64,000 bases of DNA from an uncultured Verrucomicrobiota bacterium (GCA_946533675.1 CAMNBZ010000008.1:5360-69359), one strand, 5' to 3'. Counted from the stretch's first letter, positions 19,725 through 28,964 are shown. The notes: generated by a model not told the origin, from the sequence alone. Program-made: numbers and translations.

Positions 19725-19733
19725 TGATATACT
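19725..19733 (+). promoter_or_regulatory. Extended -10 box TGATATACT
   Basis: ATTTGATATACTA consensus. A ~60-nt leader carries an 18-codon uORF (19745-19801) and AAAGGAG before ATG 19803. Confidence 0.55.
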
Positions 19734-19802
19734 ACTCCCGCCAAATGAAACGCTGCGGCAGGAAGGCGGCAGGCAGGAATATCATGGAAAGGAGCGGTTG
19801 AA

Positions 19803-22800
19803 ATGAAGATGAGACGGATGTGCAGAGGAATCATGGCGGGTGTGGCGCTGCTGGCGCTCACGGTCGCCGCCGGCGACGGCCCCGCCGAGAGAGTCAAGGT
19901 CGCCTGTATCGGCGACTCGATCACCTACGGCTACGGCCTCGCCGACCGCGACCACGAGTCGTATCCCGCACAGCTCCAGAAACTGCTCGACGCGCAGGAG
20001 CCGGGCAGATACGAGGTGCGCAACTTCGGCAACTCCGGACGCGGCATCTACCTCGATTCGATGCGCGGCGACGAGAAGCGCGGCTACCGCTGGATGGCCG
20101 AGCACAAGGCGGCGCTTGACTGGAAGCCCGACATCGTCATCTGCAACCTCGGCATCAACGACTGCGGCGAATACATCAAGGAATACACCGGCGGACGGAA
20201 GCGCGGACAGTTCGTCGACGACTATGCCGCGCTGCTGGGCGACTACCGCGACGCGAACCCGCAGGCGAAGTTCTTCATGTGGACGAAGCTTTCGCCGCTC
20301 GCCGAGGGCCAGAAGTTCTATCGCAGTCCCGAGCCGTTTCTGATGCAGACCGATCTGGAGGTGGTCGCGTCCCGTCTGGGCGCGACGGGTATCGACATGC
20401 AGGAACCCCTGCGCGAGAAGATGGACGAGATCCTCGCCCGCGACAAGATCCACCCGAACGCCGAGGGCGCGCGCCTCATCGCCGAGGCGACGTTCAAGGC
20501 GCTGACGGGCGGTGCGGGCGGACAGCCGATTCCGCGGCTCGTCACGAAGATGCGCGTCGAGACCTGGCTTTGCGCCGGGCAGTCGAACATGCAGAAGGGC
20601 TGGGGCGAGTTCAACGCGACGCCCGCCGAGAAGGAACGGGTGCGGAAGGAACTTGCGCGGCTGGACCGCGTGGACGTCCGCTTCTGGGACTTCAACACGG
20701 GTGAATGGACAAAGCTGACCCGCGAGAATGCCCTGGCAAAGAGCGCGTTCGGCGTCTCGTTCGCGATCCGCCGTGCCGAGGCGATCCACGGTCAGGTCCG
20801 CCTGCTCTACGTCGCGGCCGGTGGCGCGCCGACGGAATCGTTCCTTTCGGAACAGACGATGTGCGCCGTCGGGAAGGACGGAAAGCCGCTCTATCCGCAT
20901 CTCGCGGCGATTGCGACGAACCGCCACCGCCTCGACCAGAACAAGGACTTCCCGTGCGCCTGGGTCGCGCGTGAATATCCGCGCCGCCGCACGAACACGG
21001 AGGAGGCGTACTGGTGGCCCGTCTCGAAGATGTACGACAACGGCATCGCACGCATCAGGGAAAGCGGCCTTTCGCTTGACGGTATTCTCTGGTATCAGGG
21101 CGAGTCGAACGCGACGACGTGCGTTGCGCCCGATACGCCGACGGACCGCGACTACCAGCGCGAAACCCTCCGTGCGCTCATCTCGGAACTCTCCACTCTC
21201 AACTCTCCACTCTCAACTCTCCACTCTCAACTCTCAACTCTTCTCGTTGTGGGCTTGCCGAAGATGAACCGTCCGTGGGAGCAGTACCGCGCGGTGCAGC
21301 GCGAGGTGTGCGACGAGACGGGCGCGACATTCGTCGACACGTTCGCGGCGGGGCTCGGCGACGCGCACGACGTCCATCCGCGCGACAAGGCCGCATTTGC
21401 CGATCTCGCCGCCCGCGCGGCGGCGGCGGCGTTCCGCACGCGCGCCACGCGCGCCGCGACGACGCGCCCCCTCGGCGACGGCTGGACGTTCTCGCGCGAC
21501 GGCGCGGACTGGACGCCCGTCCGCGTGCCGCACGACTGGGCGATCCAGGGGCCGTTCGACAAGCAGCACGACATCCAGGTCGTCGCCATCAAGGAGGACG
21601 GCGAGAAGAAGGCGAACGAAAAGACGGGCCGCACGGGCGCGCTGCCGTGGATCGGGCGCGGCATCTACCGCCGCACGGTCGAGCTGCCGGCGGACGTCAC
21701 GCGCGCCGCGCTCGTGTTCAGCGGCGCGATGAGCGAGCCGGAAATCTTCTGGGACGGCGAGAAGGCGGGCGAATGGAAGTGGGGCTACACGAGCTTCAAG
21801 GTCGATCTGCCGCGGCCGACGCCGGGCGCACATGAGCTGGAGGTGCGCCTGACGAACCGCCCGGAGTCGTCGCGCTGGTATCCGGGCGCGGGGCTCTACC
21901 GGCCGGTCTATCTCGTCCTCAACGCGGACGACGCGGAAGCGGCCGTCTTCGCGCGGCCGGAGAAGCGCGCGGCGCTCCCGAAGATCGAGGTGAGCGAGAA
22001 GGGCTTTTTCGTGAACGGCGAACGCGTCACGTTCAAGGGCGTGTGCCTCCACCACGACCTCGGCTCCATCGGCGCGGAGTGGAACGCGTCGGCGTTCCGG
22101 CGGCAGGTGCGGCTCCTGAAGGAGATCGGCGTCAACGCCATCCGCACGTCGCACAACCAGCCGAACCCGGAGCTGCTGGACATCTGCGACGAGGAGGGGA
22201 TCTACGTCATGGCTGAAAGTTTCGACGCGTGGCGGCGCGTGAAGGTGAAGAACGGCTACAACCTGTGGTACGACGCGTGGTGGAAGCGCGACCTCGCGCA
22301 GCTCGTCAAGGTCTGCCGCGACCATCCGTGCGTGGTGATGTATTCGCTCGGCAACGAGATCTGGGAGTCCGTCTGCCCCGAGGGGCCGGCCATGCTCCGC
22401 GAGATGCAGGACTACCTCCATGCGCTCGATCCGTCGCGCCCGTGCACGCTCGGCAACAACCGGCCGCTCTACGCCGGCAAGATCGGCACGCAGGCGGTGC
22501 AGGACATCGCGGGCGCGAACTACCACATCTACGAGTACGAGGCGACGCGCCCCTACGCGCGGCACGGCGTCATTCTCGGCACGGAGACGGCGAGCGCGAT
22601 TTCGACGCGCGGCTTCTACCGCTTCCCCGACGTGGTGCGCAAGTACCGCGACGCGCCCGACGGCGACGGGTGCGTGTCGAGCTACGATACGGACGAGATC
22701 GACTGGAGCAACCTCGCGGACGACGACTTCGCCGCGCAGGAGGACTGGGACTGGGCGCTCGGGCAGTTCGTCTGGACGGGCTTCGACTACCTCGGCGAGC

Positions 22801-23537
22801 CCTCGCCCTACAATCTCTACTGGCCGAGCCGGTCGAGCTACTTCGGCATCTACGATCTCGCGGGGCTGCCGAAGGACCGCGCGGCGCTCTACCGCAGCGT
22901 GTGGCGGCCGGACGTGCGCACGCTCCACATCCTGCCGCACTGGACGTGGCCGGGACGCGCGGGCGAGACGACGCCCGTCTACGTCTACACCGACGCGCCC
23001 GAGGCGGAGCTGTTCGTCAACGGCGTGTCGCAGGGCCGCCGCGCGAAGGACAGGGCGAGCCGCCTCGACCGCTACCGTCTGCGGTGGCGCGAGGTCAAGT
23101 ACGAACCGGGCGAACTGAAGGCCGTCGCGTTCTATCCCGACGGCACGACGCGCACGGCGGTCGTCCGGACGGCGGGCGCGCCGGCGGCGCTGCGGCTCGC
23201 CATCGACCGGCCGCGGATCGGCCTTGCGAACGCGGACGGCACGCGCGAGCTCGCGTATGTGACGGTCGAGGTCGTGGACGCGGCGGGGACGGTCTGCCCC
23301 GATGCGGCGCTGCCGCTGTCGTTCGCCGTCACCGGCGGTGCGGCGCGCTTCAAGGCCGCGTGCAACGGCGATCCGACGTCGCTGGAGGTCTTTACCGAGC
23401 CGCACATGACGACGTTCCACGGCGCGCTCGTCGTGACGCTGGCCGCCGAGAAGGAGGGCGCGGCGACGCTGACGGTGACGGCGGACGGTCTGCCGCCCGC
23501 GACGATCGGCCTTGCGGTCGCTCCGTCGGCGCGCTGA
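19803..23537 (+). CDS. Tri-domain enzyme: SGNH/GDSL esterase + sialate-O-acetylesterase-like (SASA) domain + GH2 glycosidase
   Basis: VACIGDSITYGYG, NLGINDCG and DKIHPNAEGA match SGNH blocks I, III and V. WLCAGQSNMQKGWG and ILWYQGESNA match SASA. The GH2 part carries NAIRTSHNQPNP and YSLGNEIWE. Confidence 0.88.
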   Translation: MKMRRMCRGIMAGVALLALTVAAGDGPAERVKVACIGDSITYGYGLADRDHESYPAQLQKLLDAQEPGRYEVRNFGNSGRGIYLDSMRGDEKRGYRWMAEHKAALDWKPDIVICNLGINDCGEYIKEYTGGRKRGQFVDDYAALLGDYRDANPQAKFFMWTKLSPLAEGQKFYRSPEPFLMQTDLEVVASRLGATGIDMQEPLREKMDEILARDKIHPNAEGARLIAEATFKALTGGAGGQPIPRLVTKMRVETWLCAGQSNMQKGWGEFNATPAEKERVRKELARLDRVDVRFWDFNTGEWTKLTRENALAKSAFGVSFAIRRAEAIHGQVRLLYVAAGGAPTESFLSEQTMCAVGKDGKPLYPHLAAIATNRHRLDQNKDFPCAWVAREYPRRRTNTEEAYWWPVSKMYDNGIARIRESGLSLDGILWYQGESNATTCVAPDTPTDRDYQRETLRALISELSTLNSPLSTLHSQLSTLLVVGLPKMNRPWEQYRAVQREVCDETGATFVDTFAAGLGDAHDVHPRDKAAFADLAARAAAAAFRTRATRAATTRPLGDGWTFSRDGADWTPVRVPHDWAIQGPFDKQHDIQVVAIKEDGEKKANEKTGRTGALPWIGRGIYRRTVELPADVTRAALVFSGAMSEPEIFWDGEKAGEWKWGYTSFKVDLPRPTPGAHELEVRLTNRPESSRWYPGAGLYRPVYLVLNADDAEAAVFARPEKRAALPKIEVSEKGFFVNGERVTFKGVCLHHDLGSIGAEWNASAFRRQVRLLKEIGVNAIRTSHNQPNPELLDICDEEGIYVMAESFDAWRRVKVKNGYNLWYDAWWKRDLAQLVKVCRDHPCVVMYSLGNEIWESVCPEGPAMLREMQDYLHALDPSRPCTLGNNRPLYAGKIGTQAVQDIAGANYHIYEYEATRPYARHGVILGTETASAISTRGFYRFPDVVRKYRDAPDGDGCVSSYDTDEIDWSNLADDDFAAQEDWDWALGQFVWTGFDYLGEPSPYNLYWPSRSSYFGIYDLAGLPKDRAALYRSVWRPDVRTLHILPHWTWPGRAGETTPVYVYTDAPEAELFVNGVSQGRRAKDRASRLDRYRLRWREVKYEPGELKAVAFYPDGTTRTAVVRTAGAPAALRLAIDRPRIGLANADGTRELAYVTVEVVDAAGTVCPDAALPLSFAVTGGAARFKAACNGDPTSLEVFTEPHMTTFHGALVVTLAAEKEGAATLTVTADGLPPATIGLAVAPSAR
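21187..21246 (+). repeat. In-frame low-GC tandem array: (CTCCACTCTCAACT)x3 plus CTCAACT units
   Basis: AACTCTCCACTCTCAACTCTCCACTCTCAACTCTCCACTCTCAACTCTCAACTCTTCTC, translated ELSTLNSPLSTLHSQLSTL. Same family as 60748-60858 and 62139-62194. Confidence 0.9.
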
Positions 23538-23614
23538 CGCGCGGCGGAAGAGGCGCGTTTACTTCTGGAGGCGGCGGCCCTACACTTTCGGGTAGGGCCG
23601 CGGCGGGGGAAGTA

Positions 23615-23623
23615 TGATATACT
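23615..23623 (+). promoter_or_regulatory. Extended -10 box TGATATACT, 7 nt from the ATG (leaderless candidate)
   Basis: GTATGATATACTATTGCGCATG; the ATG is at 23631. Confidence 0.6.
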
Positions 23624-23630
23624 ATTGCGC

Positions 23631-26600
23631 ATGAAAATGAAATTCCTTGCCTTCCTGTGCGGTGTCGGCCTCGCGTCGGGCGCGTTCGCCGAGGTCTACA
23701 ACATGAACGTCGACTGGAAGTTCTCCAAGCTCAATTGGGGCCGAGGCCTTCAGGCGGCGGTCGACGGCAACCTCCAGAACGGCCGCCCCGTCTACGCGCC
23801 GGACTACGACGATTCCGCCTGGGAGACGGTCAGCGTGCCGCATCCTGTCAACGCGCACGACACGTACGACAACCACGCGAGCGACGCGGGCGAGGCGTCG
23901 ATGTTCCGCGGCTGGATGGCGTACCGCAAGCGCCTCACGATTCCCGCCGGGCGTCACTTCTTCCTCGAATTCGAGGCGATCCGCCAGACGCAGTATGTCT
24001 ACGTGGACGGCCGGCTCGTCGGCTTCTACGAAGCGGGCACCGCGCCGACGGGCTACGACCTGACGCCGTTCGTCACGCCCGGCCGCCCGGCGCTCGTCTG
24101 CGTTCTCACCGACAGTTCCTCGGGGCGCGGCATGAAGGAGTATTCCGCTGAATCGGCGGACGAGCCGGGCGACTGGAAGGGCACGGCCTACCAGTGGAAC
24201 GGCAGCGACTTCAATCCCGTGCAGGGCGGGCTCACGGGCAACGTGCGCCTCCACGTCAAGGCGAACGACGCCTACCTCACGCTGCCCTTGTGGGCGAACC
24301 TGAAGACGACGGGCGTCTACGTGTGGGCGGACGATTTCGATCTCGCGAAGGGTGCGGCGACGATCCACGTCGAAGCCGAGGTCGCGGGCGCGGCGAAGCA
24401 GATCGCGTTCGCGTTCGACGGCGGTGCCCGGCTGGGGGCGATCGACAGCCGCACGGACGGCCGCACGTTCGTCGCGGTCGCGCGGGCGACGAACCTGACG
24501 TTCTGGTCGCCGGACACGCCGTTCCTCTACGACGTCACGGTGCGGCTCCTCGCGGACGGCGCGCGCGTGCTGGACGAGACGACGGTGCGCACGGGCTTCC
24601 GCCAGGTCGGCTTCGCCCGCGACGCGGGCGTGACGATCAACGGCCGGCCGACGTGGCTGCCCGGCTACGCGCAGCGCTCGACGAGCTCGTGGGCGGCGAT
24701 CGGCGTCGCGCCCGACTGGCTGAACGACTGCGACATGGAGCTCGTGCGCCGCTCGAAGGCGAACTTCATCCGCTGGATGCACGTCACGCCCAAGCCGTCG
24801 CTCGTGCGCGCGTGCGACAAGGCGGGCGTCGTGAACGTGTGCCCCGCGGGCGACAAGGAGAACGACACGTCGGGCCGGCAGTGGGAGCAGCGCGTCGAGG
24901 CGATGCGCGAGGCGATCGTCTACTTCCGCAACGCGCCGTCCGTCTTCTTCTGGGAGGCGGGCAACAACCAGATCACGCCCGCGCACATGAGGGAGATGCG
25001 CGAGCTGAAGGAAGCGCTCGATCCGCACGGCGGGCGCTTCATGGGCTGCCGCACGCTTCAGACGGCCGAGCAGGTCGCCGAGGCGGAGTATGTCGGCACG
25101 ATGATCCACCGTCAGGACGTGAAGGCCGCCGCCGCGATGGCGAAGACGGGCCGCTGGCTGCCGATCATGGAGACGGAGTACTGCCGCGAGGAATCGGCGC
25201 GGCGGCTCTGGGACCGCTTCACGCCGCCGGACTTCAACTTCGTCTGCACGCGCCTGGCGAGCGGCGCGAAGGAGTGGATGTACAACTGCTACGACCTGAC
25301 GCAGGAGGAGTTCGCGCTCTCGAACGTCGACGCGTCGGACGGCTACAGCTACTTCTACGGCAACCGCGCGGCGGGCCGCCTCGGCCGGTACTACAGCGCG
25401 TGCGCGATGCTCTGCTGGACCGACTGCAACCAGCACGGGCGCAACTCCAACACGGAGAACTGCCGTTCGTCGGGGCGCGTCGACGCGGTGCGCATCCCGA
25501 AGGAGAACTTCTACGTCCACCAGTGCCTCTATTCGCAGACGCCGCAGATCAAGATCCTCGGCCACTGGAACTACCCGAAGAAGACGGCGGACAGCTACTG
25601 GTACAACGAGAAGGTGAACGACGGCAGGAAGATCACGTACACGGGCGCGCGCACGCAGCGCGACCCGACACGCAAGACGGTCTACGTGATCGGCTCGCTT
25701 CAGGTCGCGTCGATCGAGCTGTTCGTCAACGGCCGCTCGCAGGGCGTCGCCACCGAACCGGCGAAGGGGCTCTTCGCGTTCGCGTTCCCGGACGTGGACG
25801 TGACGGAGGCGGGCGCGGTCGAGGCCGTCGCGAAGGATGCGGCGGGCAACGAGATCGCGCGCGACCGCATCGAGACGGTCGGCGACGCGGCGAAGCTCGT
25901 CCTGGGCGCGCACGTCGGACCGGCGGGCTGGCGCGCGGACGGCGCGGACATCGCGGTCGTCGACGTGAAGCTCGTCGACGCGCAGGGCCGTGTGCTGCCG
26001 CTCGCGGACGACCGCGTGACGTTCACGCTCACGGGCGACGCGACGTTCATGGGCGGCTGGAACTCGGGCACGTTCGACGCGACCTCGCCCGTGGGCAAGG
26101 ACTGGGTGAATCTGGAGCAGGGCGTCAACCGCGTCTTCCTCAAGGCGTCGCGCACGGCGGGCAAGGTGTCGCTCGCGGCGACGTGCGCGAACGGCCTGCG
26201 CGCGGCGGTGGAGCTGACGAGCGTGCCGGTCGCGGTCGCGGGCGGGCTCGCGCGCGAGATGCCGCAGGAGCGGCCGAAGAACGCGAAGAACTACACGGTG
26301 GCGCATCCCGTGCCGCCGGTGCGCGACCTGGAGGGCCGGGCGGGCGCGGTGCCGTACGCGGTGCGCGTCAACGGCACGCCGGTCGTGTTCCCGAAGAAGA
26401 CGCAGGCGTTCAAGCCCGATGCGTCGACGGGCGTCGTCTGCCCGTACGAGCCCGTGCTCGCGGCGCTCAAGGCGGCGGGCGCGGACGTGACGTACACGTA
26501 CAGCGCGAAGAAGATCCCGGCGAACAAGAAGTATCTCCGCCGGCTCTCGCCCTCGCCGTACCGGCCGACGCTGACGTACACGGCGGGCGGCAAGGAGATC

Positions 26601-26786
26601 GACGCGGTCGCCGGGCTGACGGTGCTCTTCGAGGACAACGGGCGGGAGAAGAACCTGACCAACTTCGAGATGACGGGCGAGCACGGCGTGCTCGCGGGCG
26701 AACTGGGGCCGCTGCTCGGCTACATCCCCGGCCTGAAGGTCGAGACGGACGAGAACAACCGCCGCGTGGACATCACCGTTCAGTAG
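23631..26786 (+). CDS. Large GH2-family glycoside hydrolase (about 1,050 aa)
   Basis: Signal peptide MKMKFLAFLCGVGLASGAFA. GH2 N-terminal sugar-binding block (DWKFSK..DDSAWETVSVPHP..), FIRWMHVTP and FFWEAGNNQ. Confidence 0.8.
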   Translation: MKMKFLAFLCGVGLASGAFAEVYNMNVDWKFSKLNWGRGLQAAVDGNLQNGRPVYAPDYDDSAWETVSVPHPVNAHDTYDNHASDAGEASMFRGWMAYRKRLTIPAGRHFFLEFEAIRQTQYVYVDGRLVGFYEAGTAPTGYDLTPFVTPGRPALVCVLTDSSSGRGMKEYSAESADEPGDWKGTAYQWNGSDFNPVQGGLTGNVRLHVKANDAYLTLPLWANLKTTGVYVWADDFDLAKGAATIHVEAEVAGAAKQIAFAFDGGARLGAIDSRTDGRTFVAVARATNLTFWSPDTPFLYDVTVRLLADGARVLDETTVRTGFRQVGFARDAGVTINGRPTWLPGYAQRSTSSWAAIGVAPDWLNDCDMELVRRSKANFIRWMHVTPKPSLVRACDKAGVVNVCPAGDKENDTSGRQWEQRVEAMREAIVYFRNAPSVFFWEAGNNQITPAHMREMRELKEALDPHGGRFMGCRTLQTAEQVAEAEYVGTMIHRQDVKAAAAMAKTGRWLPIMETEYCREESARRLWDRFTPPDFNFVCTRLASGAKEWMYNCYDLTQEEFALSNVDASDGYSYFYGNRAAGRLGRYYSACAMLCWTDCNQHGRNSNTENCRSSGRVDAVRIPKENFYVHQCLYSQTPQIKILGHWNYPKKTADSYWYNEKVNDGRKITYTGARTQRDPTRKTVYVIGSLQVASIELFVNGRSQGVATEPAKGLFAFAFPDVDVTEAGAVEAVAKDAAGNEIARDRIETVGDAAKLVLGAHVGPAGWRADGADIAVVDVKLVDAQGRVLPLADDRVTFTLTGDATFMGGWNSGTFDATSPVGKDWVNLEQGVNRVFLKASRTAGKVSLAATCANGLRAAVELTSVPVAVAGGLAREMPQERPKNAKNYTVAHPVPPVRDLEGRAGAVPYAVRVNGTPVVFPKKTQAFKPDASTGVVCPYEPVLAALKAAGADVTYTYSAKKIPANKKYLRRLSPSPYRPTLTYTAGGKEIDAVAGLTVLFEDNGREKNLTNFEMTGEHGVLAGELGPLLGYIPGLKVETDENNRRVDITVQ

Positions 26787-26892
26787 CGCGACACAAGATG
26801 TTGTGGGGTGCGCAAAGCCCTGAAAACACTAGACTTTGTGCACCTCACCCCCGCGACACCTCAATATTTATTGATTTTTTTTAAATACCCCC

Positions 26893-26921
26893 TTGCGCAA
26901 CACCAATTTTATTGGTATATT
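26893..26921 (+). promoter_or_regulatory. Sigma70-type promoter: TTGCGC, 17-nt spacer, TGGTATATT, with an AT-rich upstream tract
   Basis: -35 at 26893-98, extended -10 at 26913-21. The T-run and AT tract at 26861-26890 resemble an UP element. Confidence 0.6.
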
Positions 26922-26976
26922 ATGCGCATACCCACCAAGGAACAGTTCTGCGGGGGTTCAAAAAGGATCAAAAATC

Positions 26977-27279
26977 ATGGCGAAGAAAGAAGTCATCCCG
27001 ACAACCAAGAGCGGTATCATGGCGGCCCTCGCGGAGGCGGCCGGCATCAGCAAGAAGCAGGCCGTCGCGGTCTACGAGAAGCTCGTCGACATCGCGATCA
27101 AGGGCGCGAAGCAGGAGGAGAAGGGCCTCATGCTCCCCGGCGTCGGCAAGGTCAAGCTGATCAAGCGTCCGGCGCGCATGGGCCGCAACCCCGCGACCGG
27201 CGAGCAGATCAAGATCAAGGCGAAGAAGGTCGTCAAGATCGTCGCGTGCAAGGCGTTCAAGGACGCGGTCCTTGGCTGA
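26977..27279 (+). CDS. hup: HU/IHF-family nucleoid DNA-binding protein
   Basis: 100 aa. MAKKEV..KSGIMAALAEAAGISKKQA..LPGVGKVKLIKRPARMGRNPATGEQIKIKAKKVVK matches the HU fold signature R.GRNP.TGE.I.I. Confidence 0.9.
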   Translation: MAKKEVIPTTKSGIMAALAEAAGISKKQAVAVYEKLVDIAIKGAKQEEKGLMLPGVGKVKLIKRPARMGRNPATGEQIKIKAKKVVKIVACKAFKDAVLG

Positions 27280-27302
27280 TTTCTGCGCAACGACGCAAAA
27301 GG

Positions 27303-27334
27303 AGTGGGGGCCGGAACGGGCCCCCACTTGGTTT
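27303..27334 (+). terminator. Rho-independent terminator hairpin
   Basis: AGTGGGGGCC (27303-12) pairs with GGCCCCCACT (27319-28) and is followed by TGGTTT. It ends 2 nt before the murC ATG. Confidence 0.7.
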
Positions 27335-27336
27335 AG

Positions 27337-28554
27337 ATGAAGCACCATTTGATCGGCATCGGCGGCGTGGGGATGAGCGCGCTCGCGACCGCGCTCGTGA
27401 AGCTCGGCGAGAAGGTTTCGGGCAGCGACCGCAACCTCGACACGAACAACATCACGTTTCTGCGCCGTCTGGGCGTGACGTGCACGCGGGACGACGGCCG
27501 CGCCTTTGCGCCGGGCGCGGACCTGCCCGACGAAGTGATCGTCTCGACGGCGATCGAGGACGACAACCGCGATCTCGTGGCGGCGCGCGCGCAGGGCATT
27601 CCCGTCGTGCACCGCGCGCAGGCGCTCGCCCGCGCGCTCGCGCCCTACAAGCTCGTCGCGGTCGTGGGGACGTGCGGCAAGTCGACGGTGACGGCGATGC
27701 TCGGCCACGTGCTCGCGGAATGCGGGCTCGATCCGCTGTGCGTCAACGGCGCGAACGTCCCCGGCTGGGAAGGGGCGGTGCGGTTCGGGCGCGGCGATTA
27801 CGCCGTCGCCGAGGTGGACGAGAGCGACAAGTCGCTCGTGGCGTTCAAGCCGTACGCGGCCGTCGTCACGAACGCGTCCGCCGATCATTATTCGAAGGAG
27901 GAGATGGACGAGGTCTTCGACGCGTTCATCCGGGATCTGCCGGGGCCGCTCGTGGACGGACGCGCGCCGGCCGGCGACGCGCCGGCGGCCGTCGCGACGT
28001 CGGTGCCGGGCGCGCACAACCGCGCGAACGCGGCGATGGCGCTCCGGATGGCGGTCCGGCTCGGCTGCGACGAGGAGAAGGCGCGCGCGTCGCTGCTCAA
28101 TTTCGTCGGCGTGGAGCGCCGGCTCGAGCGCCACGGCGACAACGTGTACGACGACTACGCGCACAATCCCGAGAAGCTGCGCGCGATGTGGACGACGCTC
28201 GCGGAGGAGCATCCCGAAGGGGGACTGTGCGTCGTGTGGCGGCCCCACGGCTATGCGCCGCTGAGGAAGATGCTGGACAATCTCGCGGCGATGTTCAACG
28301 CGGTGATCCGGCCGCAGGACCGGCTCGTGCTGCTGCCGGTTTACGACGCGGGCGGGACGACCGACCGGTCGATCAACTCGGACGCGCTGGCGGAGAAGCT
28401 GGGCGATGACAAGTGCGTGCTCGTGTCGGGCCACGCCGAGGCGCTGGACTGGGTCGCCGCGCACGCGGCGGATTTCGCGGCGTTCGCGACGTGCGGCGCG
28501 CGCGATCCCGACCTGCCTGCGCTCGCCTCGGCCATCGCCGCCCGCCTGGGCTGA
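27337..28554 (+). CDS. murC: UDP-N-acetylmuramate--L-alanine ligase (short MurC/Mpl-type Mur ligase)
   Basis: HLIGIGGVGMSALA, GTCGKSTVTAML, AEVDESDKSL..VVTNASADH, GAHNRANAAMA, VGVERRLE and DDYAHNPEK. Confidence 0.75.
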   Translation: MKHHLIGIGGVGMSALATALVKLGEKVSGSDRNLDTNNITFLRRLGVTCTRDDGRAFAPGADLPDEVIVSTAIEDDNRDLVAARAQGIPVVHRAQALARALAPYKLVAVVGTCGKSTVTAMLGHVLAECGLDPLCVNGANVPGWEGAVRFGRGDYAVAEVDESDKSLVAFKPYAAVVTNASADHYSKEEMDEVFDAFIRDLPGPLVDGRAPAGDAPAAVATSVPGAHNRANAAMALRMAVRLGCDEEKARASLLNFVGVERRLERHGDNVYDDYAHNPEKLRAMWTTLAEEHPEGGLCVVWRPHGYAPLRKMLDNLAAMFNAVIRPQDRLVLLPVYDAGGTTDRSINSDALAEKLGDDKCVLVSGHAEALDWVAAHAADFAAFATCGARDPDLPALASAIAARLG

Positions 28555-28684
28555 CGGCCGCGCCGTGCGCGTTGTCCTCAACGCGCCGCAGTGCCGAATT
28601 GTGCGCCGCACGGCGGGGCAATTCGAGGTGGGCTAGACCGCTCGCGTTGCTCGCTCCGCGAGACCGCCCGCTCACGCGGGCTCA

Positions 28685-28746
28685 TCTAGAATCCTAGACA
28701 TCTAGAATAGCGCGCGTCGCGCGCGGTCTAGCTAATCTAGAATAGC
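28685..28746. repeat. CTAG-rich repeat cluster (TCTAGAATCCTAGA, ATCTAGAATAGCG x2)
   Basis: Six CTAG tetramers in 62 nt, plus one more at 28633. The direct repeat ATCTAGAATAGCG occurs at about 28699 and about 28734. Confidence 0.75.
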
Positions 28747-28964
28747 GGGGTGAAGGACGCGCAGAGCGCCCGGCCTGACATCGTGAGCACCGTTGAATAT
28801 CACCCGCGGCCGCAGGCCGAGCCGCCGAAGGCGGCACGAGCGGTGTGCGAAACAAGCCGCACGCTGGACGGTCAAACACAACCACATACGATACAACCGC
28901 ATTCATCGAATGAAAACTGGAAATATTCCACCATCCCTTGGGGGTGGCGGGGAGCGCGGAGATT

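Noticed and set aside
21187-21246. CTCAACT-type repeat arrays considered as a CRISPR array
   Set aside because: The units are 7-14 nt, directly abutting with no unique spacers, and lie inside ORFs. No cas genes are present. This is not CRISPR.
26805-26844. An 11-bp stem hairpin (GGTGCGCAAAG / CTTTGTGCACC, one G-U) after the 1,053-aa GH2 gene, considered as a terminator
   Set aside because: The loop is 16 nt, and the T-run (26871-26882) is about 25 nt away from the stem. It may still contribute to termination but does not meet the criteria for an intrinsic terminator.
26808-28409. A 533-aa plus-strand ORF overlapping HU and murC in another frame
   Set aside because: It is Arg/Gly/Ala-rich with no motifs. 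It crosses a strong terminator hairpin and overlaps two well-supported genes.
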